Positions 16,177 through 24,349 of a stretch of 27,501 nt of DNA are shown one piece after another. How positions within the stretch are numbered: position 1 is the stretch's first letter; every line of letters starts with the position of its first letter. The stretch is from Candidatus Eiseniibacteriota bacterium. Its GTDB lineage: Bacteria > Eisenbacteria > RBG-16-71-46. The notes under the pieces are model-generated. The model did no database searches, was not told the origin of the DNA, and was given only the letters and a program-made list of their open reading frames with translations. The DNA is taken from contig JBGAOA010000056.1 of assembly GCA_044222065.1 (NCBI GenBank), positions 1 through 27,501 of the forward strand, in the 5' to 3' direction. Both the position numbers and the translations under genes were made by a program.

Positions 16177-18450
16177 ATGCGATCCGGCATCCGCCGTCAG
16201 CCGAGATGGATTCCACTCGTGGTCATCGCGGGGCTGTGCCTGGCCGTGCCCGCCGGCGCCGCGACCCTCACCGGGACGGTCCGCAACGAGGCCGCCGCCG
16301 GCCTCGGGAACGTGGACCTCGACTTCGTCGACCAGTGCTCCGGGGACAACATCTTCCTCTCGGGCGACAAGACCGCCGCGGACGGGACGTTCGCGATCGT
16401 GGTGCCGGCAGGCACCTACGACGTCCGCTTCACGCCGCCGGCCGGCAGCACGGTCGCGGCCTGGGAAATCCAGAACGTCGTCGTGTCGGCCAACGCGAGC
16501 CTCGGTGTGATCACGCTCCATCCCGGGCGGCTCGTTTCGGGAACGGTGCTCACGCCGTCGCTCGGACCGGCGGCCGGCGTCGACCTCAAGTTCGTCGACC
16601 GAGCCACAGATCGCCGCGTCTACCTGACGAAGGATCTGACGAACGCGTCCGGACAGTATTCCGTGCGCGTGCCGCCCGGTGCGTACGACATCGATTTCCG
16701 TCCCGCTTCGACGACCGCGTTCGGCGACCGGGTGCGGCTCGACCTGGTCGTGGGCGCGAGCGATGTCTCGGGGCTCAGCGACGTGCTGCTCGGCGGCTTC
16801 GTCGTGAGCGGCAGCGCTCGCGACAAGAACAACAACAAGCTCAAGAACGTGGACGTCGACGTATTCGACCTGTGCACCGGCGTGCGCATTCCCACGGCGC
16901 ACGACAACACCGACGTGAACGGCAACTACGCCGTCGTCGTCCCGGCCGGGACCTACCTGTTCGAGTTCAATCCTCCGGCGTGCAAGTCGCTCGAAACGAC
17001 GCGGCAGTCCGGCGTCGCGATCTCCAACAACAAGAACCTCGGCACCGAGACGATGAAGGCGGCCTTCGCGGTCAGCGGCGTGGTGCACGACCACGCCGGC
17101 GCCGTGCAGCCCGGAGTGAAGCTCAAGTTCTACGACGCGACCACGCCGGGCAGCCCGCGACAGGGCACGAGCGGCGACCGTACGGACGCCTCGGGCGCGT
17201 TCTCGGTCCTCCTGCCGACGGGCACCTACCACATCGACTTCGAACCGCCGGTCAGCAGCACCGATCAGGTGATGCACCTGTCCTCGGTCGTCGTCGGCGG
17301 AGCCACGAACCTCGGGACGCTCACGCTCGCGCAGGGCGTCCAGGTGAGCGGGCACGTCACCGGTCCGGGCGCGCTTCCGGTGCTCAACGTCAACATCAAT
17401 GCCGTCGACGCCGTGACGCGCGCCCCGGTGCTGCTCGCGCACGACGACACCGACAGCCTCGGCAATTTCACGGTCGTGGTGGCGCCCGGCACGTACGACT
17501 TCCAGTACGATCCGCCCGCCTGCTCGGGCCTCGCACCCGCGTCGCAGGCCGGCCTGAGCATCGCCGCGCCAACGGCGCTGCCCACCGTGAATCTCGTGAC
17601 GGGCGTTCACATCCTCGGCACCGTGCTCGACGCCGGATCGCTTCCGGTCGCGAACGTGGATCTCGACGTCTTCCCGGCCGGCTCGTCGACCAAGCTGTAC
17701 ACGCCGCGGGATCAGACGGCGCTCGACGGGACGTTCGACGTGTTGATCGCGCCCGGCACCTACGACATCAAGTTCGTCCCGTCGTCACTCGCGCCCCACC
17801 TGCGCCCCGCGCTTCGGACGAACCAGCCGATCCCGGTCAACACCACGCTGCCGAACGTCGTGCTCGCGGACGGACTGCTCGTGAGCGGTTTCGTGAAGGC
17901 GGTCGGGACGCTCGCGCCGATCCCGAACGTGTCGGTGGACTTCTTTCCGCCGGGCGGGGGTGCGGCGATGCTCGTCTCGCACCACACGACCTCGGCGCTC
18001 GGCGACTACGCCGTCGCCGTGGAGGCCGGCACCTGGGACATCCTCTACACGCCGCCCGTGGGGTCGGGCTTCCCGTCGGCCTGGCGGCGGGGCGTGACGG
18101 TGAGCGCCGACCTCGCCTTGAGCGACCAGCTGCTCGATCCTTCGCTCATGGCCGTGGATCCCGCGATCGCCTCGTCGTACGTCCAGCTCTCGGCCCCCGT
18201 TCCGAACCCCGCCCGCCACGACGTGCGGTTCACGGTGTCCACCGCGGACGGTGAGGCCGAACTGACGGTGTGGGACCTTGCCGGCCGCCGCGTCGCCACG
18301 CCGTGGAAGGGGCGTGCGAACTCGTCCGTGACGATCCACTGGAACGGAACGACCGAACGAGGCGAGCCCGTGCCCGCCGGCCTCTACTTCGTCCGACTCG
18401 AGGGCGCAGCGGGCACGAGGAAGGTCCGCTCCGTTCTGTTCCTCCACTGA
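16177..18450 (+). CDS. Secreted protein with 7 carboxypeptidase-regulatory-like beta-sandwich repeats and a C-terminal FlgD-Ig/T9SS-like sorting domain
   Basis: Signal peptide ...LAVPAGA. Repeats VSGTV...NVDLD...TDxxGxYxVxVPxGTYDIxFxPP. C-terminus PVPNP...LTVWDLAGRRV...WNGTTERGEPVPAGLYFVRL. AGGAGG SD. Confidence 0.88.
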   Translation: MRSGIRRQPRWIPLVVIAGLCLAVPAGAATLTGTVRNEAAAGLGNVDLDFVDQCSGDNIFLSGDKTAADGTFAIVVPAGTYDVRFTPPAGSTVAAWEIQNVVVSANASLGVITLHPGRLVSGTVLTPSLGPAAGVDLKFVDRATDRRVYLTKDLTNASGQYSVRVPPGAYDIDFRPASTTAFGDRVRLDLVVGASDVSGLSDVLLGGFVVSGSARDKNNNKLKNVDVDVFDLCTGVRIPTAHDNTDVNGNYAVVVPAGTYLFEFNPPACKSLETTRQSGVAISNNKNLGTETMKAAFAVSGVVHDHAGAVQPGVKLKFYDATTPGSPRQGTSGDRTDASGAFSVLLPTGTYHIDFEPPVSSTDQVMHLSSVVVGGATNLGTLTLAQGVQVSGHVTGPGALPVLNVNINAVDAVTRAPVLLAHDDTDSLGNFTVVVAPGTYDFQYDPPACSGLAPASQAGLSIAAPTALPTVNLVTGVHILGTVLDAGSLPVANVDLDVFPAGSSTKLYTPRDQTALDGTFDVLIAPGTYDIKFVPSSLAPHLRPALRTNQPIPVNTTLPNVVLADGLLVSGFVKAVGTLAPIPNVSVDFFPPGGGAAMLVSHHTTSALGDYAVAVEAGTWDILYTPPVGSGFPSAWRRGVTVSADLALSDQLLDPSLMAVDPAIASSYVQLSAPVPNPARHDVRFTVSTADGEAELTVWDLAGRRVATPWKGRANSSVTIHWNGTTERGEPVPAGLYFVRLEGAAGTRKVRSVLFLH

Positions 18451-18483
18451 CGTCCATCCCATCACTCCGAGGTGAGTCGCACG

Positions 18484-19659
18484 ATGCGTAGATCCGGATC
18501 GAATTCGTCCCCGCGCGTGGCCTGCACCTGCCTGCTCGCGCTCCTGCTGGCCCTCCCGGCGCTCGCGAGCGCGCAGCCGAAGGCATCCTCCACCGCGCCG
18601 CCGCGGTCGGCGCCGCTCCCGCTCACGTTCGTGCTCGGGCTCGAGTGGTTCGACGACGACAACATCCTGCAGCTCACGCCGAGCGACCTCGCGCGGTTCG
18701 CGAGCAATCCGGCGCCTCCGCGATTCCTCATCGAGTCGACGGACGACAACGTGCTCGCGCTGCACGGCGACGCCTACGCGCACTTCGAGCTCGCGCCCCG
18801 GCGCGACACGCGATTCGGGGCGTCGTTCGACGCGAGCGACTATCAGCGCAACGACGTCAAGGACTGGCACGAGTTCGGACTGTCCTTCGCGCAGGAGCTG
18901 ACGGCCTCGCGCCGCAACCTGACCGCGCTCAGCGCGTGGTGGAGCCGGGTGCCCGATTTCTACCTGCTCCAGATCACCGACGCCGACGATTCGTTCGCGG
19001 CGGGCACGCGCATCCGGCGCTCGCTGAGCTACGAGCAGTCCACGGCGGGCGTCCGCGTGGATCAGGAGCTGATGCGCGGACGCGCGAAGCTCGCGCTCGG
19101 CTACGAGCGCGTGACGCGCGACTACAACGAATCCTTCAACGAGCGCGACAACCACAACGACCAGTGGAAGCTCACCGGCGAAGTCCGGCCCTTCCCGAAC
19201 TGGGGCGCGAGCGCGCGGATCACGTACCTCGTGGGCAGGCTGCGGGCCGAGGGCGACCTGCCGTCGAGCCCGATCGTGGACGCGGACGTGTCCTACGACC
19301 ACCAGGGGATCGGCGCCGCCGTGTCGCTGCCCTGGGGGCGCGGGCGGACCCGCGGGCGACTCGAAGCGAGCCTGATGCCCGAGGTCCGGGACTTCCAGAC
19401 GTCCGACAAGTTCGACGTGCGGCGCTTCGGCCGCGAAAACCACCGGCTCGAGACCGTCGTGCGGGTGATCCAGCGCGTGTGGGGACCCTTCGAGGCGATC
19501 GCGACGTACGACAAGCTGAGCAGCGACGCGTCGTTCGACTCGGGCCTCGTGTTCCCCGAGGACCAGACGGATTTCGACCAGACGCGCCTGGGTCTGATGC
19601 TGCGCGGGCGCTGGGACCTGCGCGATTCGCGATCGACGGCGCGGGACGCCCGCCCGTGA
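18484..19659 (+). CDS. Outer-membrane beta-barrel protein (possibly BBP2-like)
   Basis: Signal peptide ...ALPALASA/Q; LGLEWFDDDNIL start motif; alternating aromatic/hydrophobic strands; last strand LGLMLRGRW. GAGGT SD before ATG 18484 (track start GTG 18472). Confidence 0.7.
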   Translation: MRRSGSNSSPRVACTCLLALLLALPALASAQPKASSTAPPRSAPLPLTFVLGLEWFDDDNILQLTPSDLARFASNPAPPRFLIESTDDNVLALHGDAYAHFELAPRRDTRFGASFDASDYQRNDVKDWHEFGLSFAQELTASRRNLTALSAWWSRVPDFYLLQITDADDSFAAGTRIRRSLSYEQSTAGVRVDQELMRGRAKLALGYERVTRDYNESFNERDNHNDQWKLTGEVRPFPNWGASARITYLVGRLRAEGDLPSSPIVDADVSYDHQGIGAAVSLPWGRGRTRGRLEASLMPEVRDFQTSDKFDVRRFGRENHRLETVVRVIQRVWGPFEAIATYDKLSSDASFDSGLVFPEDQTDFDQTRLGLMLRGRWDLRDSRSTARDARP

Positions 19660-22600
19660 CGTTCGTCACGAACGCGTCGCCCGGACCGGAGCTGTCGCGA
19701 AGGTCGCTGGCCACTCCCGAGCCGCTCGTGCGCGCGTTCGCGCGCCGCGTGCAGCAGGAGGGTGCGCTCGATCTCACGCAGGGCGACTACAAGAACTCCG
19801 ATTTCGCGCCGCATCCGGAAGTCGTCCGCGCCGCGCAGCGCATCACGCGCAACAGCGTGCACAGCTACGGAGCGGCCGTGGGGCGCATGGACGTGCGTGC
19901 CGAGGTGGCGGTGTTCTTCAATCGGGACGGCCAGCGCGATTACCCCGAGTCCGAGATCGAATTCCTGCCGGACGAAGTCGTCTTCACGCCGGGGACGCGC
20001 GCCGGTCTCGCGATGGTGCTGGAGGTGCTCGGTGCCGACGGCAGCGGAGTCGTCGTGCCGCGGCCGTCGTGGGAGTACGACTGGTTCGTCCAGCGCGCGG
20101 GGAAGCGGCTCGTCGAATTGCCGACGAAGGCTCCCGCGTTCCTTCCGGATCCCGCGGAACTGGCGTCGCTGCTCGACGGCGGCGGCATCTCGAGCGTCAT
20201 CCTCAACAATCCGCACAATCCGACCGGGCGCGTCTACCCGCGCGCCCTCGTCGAGGAACTCGTTCGAGTCTGCGTCGAGCATCGCGTGTTCGTGTTCTAC
20301 GACTGCGTGTACCAGCGCCTCGACTACGTGGACGCGTTCGTCCATCCCGCGTTCGCGAACCCGGAATGGCGCGACTGGGTCGTCACGTTTTCCGGCCTCT
20401 CCAAGATGGACATGTTCGGCGCCTCGACCGGCGCCCGCGCCTGCTGGCTCGTGATGAGCGACCGGATTCGAGCGGGCGGCGTGCGCGCGCGCGAGGTCAT
20501 CGCCAACCTCTCGGCGTGGCTCGTGGCGAATCCGTCCACGCTCGCCCAGGACTGGGCGCTCGCCGCACTCCAGTCGCCGCTCGCCGGACTCCGCCGCCCG
20601 TCGCCCTACATGCGCGAGCGCCGCGACTTCATGGCCCGGGCGGCCGACTCGCTCGCGAGCCTCGGCGTGGAGCGGACCGGATTCGAGGGCACGTTCTACG
20701 CGCCGCTCGCGTTCCCGGGCCTCGTCGGCGCGACGTTCGACCGCGCGCGCAACGGCGTGCACGAACGGGCGGTCGTGCGCGGCAGCGAGGACGCCTTCGA
20801 GTTCCTGCTCACGGCCGGCGTCGGCGGCATTCCGTTCACGGCGTTCGGCGGTTCGCACGGACGCCGGTACGGCACCTGGCAACGGCTGTCGTACGGTTCG
20901 AAGGACGTGAAGGAACTCGCCGTCTTCATGGCCCGCGTCCGCGAGCGCATGGAACGTCAGGGACGCGCCGGGGCCAGCGCGCCGCTCGCGATCGCGGAGG
21001 GCGCGGATCCGGTGTGGGCATCGGTCTGCACGCGCGAGGGCTACTCCGCGCTCGACGACCTCGATCGCGAGGCGTTCTCGAACGCGCGGCTCGAGTGGCG
21101 CGCGCGGGTGCCGTCCGAGTCGCTGCGCCTCACGGGCACGAAGCATCCCGATTCGACCGCGCATCGGGTCGAGCAGCTGCGGCGCGCGGAACTCGCCGCG
21201 GGCGAAGGACCGGACGGCGCCCGGCGGACGCTGGATCACCTCGAGTGGAATCCGCTCATCGAGGCGCGGCAGGAGTTCGAAGAGAACCTCGCGGACCTGC
21301 TCGGCAGCTGCAACGAGGTCCTGCTCGATTTCGAGGGCCGCAACATCAGCCCCGAATGGCTCGCGCTGCCCGAGAAGGTCGTGATGGCCCTGCTGCGGCG
21401 CGGCGTCGTGCCCGGCGACGAGCGCCGGCTGCTGTTCCGGGTGCCGAACCCGTGGCTCGAGCCGGACGAGGAGAAGATCGAGAAGCTGCTCGCGATGGTC
21501 GCGCGCACGAACGTGCTGTTCCTGCTCGCCGCCGAGAAGCTCGGGATCGCGCCGCTGCGGAACGCGATCCACGAACTCGCGGTGCCGCAGATCAACTCGC
21601 GCACCGACGTCGGAGCGCTGCACAAGATCGGCACGCTCTACCTGCAGGCGCTGCGCGGGCTGTTCGACGGCGAGCGCGCCGACCGCTTCCTGTCCCGGCG
21701 CGTCACGGCGGCGCGGCGGGGGGCGTTCGTCGCGAAGGTCGCCCGCGTGCGGCTCGTTCCGCTGGTCGAGAACGTCGGAGCGCTCTCGCACCTGCCCGAA
21801 CTGCTCGAGGCGTTCTACGTCGCGCTCGAGCACCACCGCGGTCTCGCGGATGCGCCCTCCACCGAGGGCTTCGTCGTCGACTTCGACGGTGGAGAATCCG
21901 AGGTGCGCGTGTTCGTCGCGATGTCCGACACCGCCGAACAGAGCGGGAAGATCGCGACGGATGCCGCATTCACGCTCGCGGTCGCGAGCCGTGCGGACAG
22001 CGAACGCAGGCTCGCCGAGCGCGCGGGCGCGATCGGAGCGCCGGCCCCGGCCGTGACGTTCCTCGTGGGCGCGGGGCGCGCGGGTTTCCGCGGAGGCCTC
22101 GATCCCGCCCACGACGGCGTGATCGCGCAATTCAGCCGCGCGGGCGGCGTGACGCTGCAGGGCGTTCGCGCGGACGCCCCGCACGAAGCCGAGGAGATCG
22201 CGCGCCGCTTCCGCGCCGCCGTGGCGGACGGACCGCCCGCGCTGTCGCTGCCGGCGCCGGATCGCGAGGGGCTCGCGGGGCTGCTCGAGCGGGGAACGCG
22301 CGAGCACACGCGGACGCTGCTCCGCATCGCGCCGCTGATCGCGCCGTTCGGCGGACTCGTGCCGCAGACGCGCGTGCGCGTCCGGGCCGCGGGCTCCTCG
22401 AGCTACGGGCGCTCCATTCCCGAGTACCCGGCCGAGTGGAACGAGGGCGGAGGATTGCCCGACAACCGCGACCTGAGGGACGCGTGGCCCGAGGGCGTGA
22501 CGCTGCCGCGCGCGATCGTCTACAACCTCGGATGCACGACGCTCGGCCTGCCCGCGGTCACGTCGGATCTCGCCGCCCTCGACAAGCGCGGCGCCGTCCT

Positions 22601-23204
22601 GCTCGATCGCGTCGCGCCCGGGTACCGCGAGATCCTCGCCTCCGAACTGCCGTTCTTCGTGAAGGAGGCGGCGGCGCTCGTGTTCGGGCGGCCGTTCGCG
22701 GAAGCGACGGAACAGCTCGTGCGACGCGCCGCCGCGGCGCTGTGGGTGGACGTGAAGCCGCGCGAGGACCTCGTCCTCCCGACGTGCCTGTTCGCCATGA
22801 TGTACCTGCGCTACCTCGCCGAGGACTCCGACAGCTGGGACGAAACGAAGGAGCACGAGAGCCTGGCGACGCGCGAGAGCGAGCTGATCCGAGAGACGTC
22901 CAGCGGCGCGTTCCTCGCGCTGTGCGCCGAAAAGCCCGGCCACCGCTGGGGCGTGCTGCAGTCGCTGCTCGAGGCGGAGGACGCGACGCGGCTCCTGCTC
23001 GCGCGCGAGCTGACGATCGAGGAGAAGCGCGAGTTCGTCGATCTGGCGATCGACGGCTGGCTGCGCACGGTTTCGGAGGAGTCGGCGCGTGCGCTGCGCC
23101 GGGAGTGGTCGCACCTTCGCGAGCTCGACAAGGCCGTGCTCACGCATCGGGCGATCCGACAGATGATCGAGAACGAAGAACGGCGCGGCAGTCGCGGGGC
23201 ATGA
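19656..23204 (+). CDS. Fusion: class I/II PLP aminotransferase + archaeal-type phosphoenolpyruvate carboxylase (PpcA)-like domain, 1182 aa
   Basis: GTG overlaps the upstream stop (GTGA). N-half: ILNNPHNPTG, YDCVY, SGLSK (PLP Lys250), QRLSY. C-half: TKHPD, DFEGR, FRVPNP, IHELAVP, VPLVE, VRVFVAMSD, GAGRAGFRGG, TLQ, YGR, LPRAI, in the order of PpcA motifs. Confidence 0.85.
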   Translation: MTFVTNASPGPELSRRSLATPEPLVRAFARRVQQEGALDLTQGDYKNSDFAPHPEVVRAAQRITRNSVHSYGAAVGRMDVRAEVAVFFNRDGQRDYPESEIEFLPDEVVFTPGTRAGLAMVLEVLGADGSGVVVPRPSWEYDWFVQRAGKRLVELPTKAPAFLPDPAELASLLDGGGISSVILNNPHNPTGRVYPRALVEELVRVCVEHRVFVFYDCVYQRLDYVDAFVHPAFANPEWRDWVVTFSGLSKMDMFGASTGARACWLVMSDRIRAGGVRAREVIANLSAWLVANPSTLAQDWALAALQSPLAGLRRPSPYMRERRDFMARAADSLASLGVERTGFEGTFYAPLAFPGLVGATFDRARNGVHERAVVRGSEDAFEFLLTAGVGGIPFTAFGGSHGRRYGTWQRLSYGSKDVKELAVFMARVRERMERQGRAGASAPLAIAEGADPVWASVCTREGYSALDDLDREAFSNARLEWRARVPSESLRLTGTKHPDSTAHRVEQLRRAELAAGEGPDGARRTLDHLEWNPLIEARQEFEENLADLLGSCNEVLLDFEGRNISPEWLALPEKVVMALLRRGVVPGDERRLLFRVPNPWLEPDEEKIEKLLAMVARTNVLFLLAAEKLGIAPLRNAIHELAVPQINSRTDVGALHKIGTLYLQALRGLFDGERADRFLSRRVTAARRGAFVAKVARVRLVPLVENVGALSHLPELLEAFYVALEHHRGLADAPSTEGFVVDFDGGESEVRVFVAMSDTAEQSGKIATDAAFTLAVASRADSERRLAERAGAIGAPAPAVTFLVGAGRAGFRGGLDPAHDGVIAQFSRAGGVTLQGVRADAPHEAEEIARRFRAAVADGPPALSLPAPDREGLAGLLERGTREHTRTLLRIAPLIAPFGGLVPQTRVRVRAAGSSSYGRSIPEYPAEWNEGGGLPDNRDLRDAWPEGVTLPRAIVYNLGCTTLGLPAVTSDLAALDKRGAVLLDRVAPGYREILASELPFFVKEAAALVFGRPFAEATEQLVRRAAAALWVDVKPREDLVLPTCLFAMMYLRYLAEDSDSWDETKEHESLATRESELIRETSSGAFLALCAEKPGHRWGVLQSLLEAEDATRLLLARELTIEEKREFVDLAIDGWLRTVSEESARALRREWSHLRELDKAVLTHRAIRQMIENEERRGSRGA

Positions 23205-23288
23205 CCCGCACCGCGAGCGCCTCGAGTCCGCCGAGCCCAGGTCGCTCCCGGCACACCGGGGGCGCGAACGAGAGAGAGGAGAACCGTC

Positions 23289-24341
23289 ATGCCGATCGGT
23301 CCGAATGAGAAGATCAAGTGGTCGTTCGTCACCCACATCGTTCCCGTGGAATCGATCGTGTCGTGGGAGAGGCGTTCCGACGCTCCCCGCATCGGTGACG
23401 TCGCGCTCCACCGCGTGATCACGCTCGGCAAACACACGCGCATGGACAACCGCGATCGCCGCACGCACTACCTGCTCCCGGGGGATCTCGTGGCGACCGC
23501 GTACGGCAACCGGTACGCGACGGATCAGTACGAAGGCTTCGTGCCGCCAGCGAGCGACCTGTATCACATGCTCTCGATCGGCGGAGTGTGCGGCATGGTC
23601 GCGACGCGGAACGCCTCGATGCCGGACCCCACGGTGCTCGAGTTCATCGGCTACGCGATCGACGCGAAGGGGCGCATCGTCAACCTGCGCTCGCATCGCC
23701 TCCGCCCCGTCGGCGCCAAGGGGAAGCCCCGGAAGTTCAAGACGATCCTCTCGATCGGCGCCTCGATGAACTCGGGCAAGACGACCTCGGCGTGCATGAG
23801 CATTCGCGGGCTTTCGAAGGCCGGATACCGCGTCGCCGCCGCGAAGCTGACGGGAACCGGTGCGATCAAGGACCTGCAGTTCATGCGCGACGCCGGGGCC
23901 GAGGAGGTCCTCGACTTCACCGACTACGGCTGCCCGTCCACGTCGCGCACGTCGTTGCGCAAGCTGCTGCGACTCGTTCGCACGATCGAGTCGCACCTCG
24001 GAAAGCTCGAGCCCGACTACGTCGTCTACGAAGTCGCCGACGGCATCTTCCAGCGCGAGACGGCGATGCTGCTCGCGAATCCCGACTTCCACTCGCGGAT
24101 CGACTTCACGCTGTTCTCCGCACCCGATGCGCTCGCGGCCGAGAGCGGCCAGCGCGCACTCCGGCGGCTCGGCTACGACCTCGTCGCCATCTCGGGGATC
24201 GTGTCGGCGAGCGAACTCGGCAAGCAGGAGGTCTTCAAGGCCACGACGCTGCCGTGCCTGTCGAGTACGGAGCTGTCCGAGGGCGGAATCCTCAAGCTCG
24301 TCGGCGCCGAAGCGCGGTCCGAGCAGCGCCGGGCGGGATAG
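23289..24341 (+). CDS. DUF1611-like P-loop protein
   Basis: GDLVATAYGNRYATDQYEG; Walker A-like GASMNSGKTT; AAKLTGTG, MRDAGA, LDFTDYGCPST, EVADGIFQRETA. GAGGAG SD. Confidence 0.75.
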   Translation: MPIGPNEKIKWSFVTHIVPVESIVSWERRSDAPRIGDVALHRVITLGKHTRMDNRDRRTHYLLPGDLVATAYGNRYATDQYEGFVPPASDLYHMLSIGGVCGMVATRNASMPDPTVLEFIGYAIDAKGRIVNLRSHRLRPVGAKGKPRKFKTILSIGASMNSGKTTSACMSIRGLSKAGYRVAAAKLTGTGAIKDLQFMRDAGAEEVLDFTDYGCPSTSRTSLRKLLRLVRTIESHLGKLEPDYVVYEVADGIFQRETAMLLANPDFHSRIDFTLFSAPDALAAESGQRALRRLGYDLVAISGIVSASELGKQEVFKATTLPCLSSTELSEGGILKLVGAEARSEQRRAG

Positions 24342-24349
24342 GGGCGGAC

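Noticed and set aside
18645..19655. N-terminal 337-aa extension of the fusion ORF
   Set aside because: Low-complexity off-frame overlap with the barrel gene; the GTGA coupling at 19656 is the better start.
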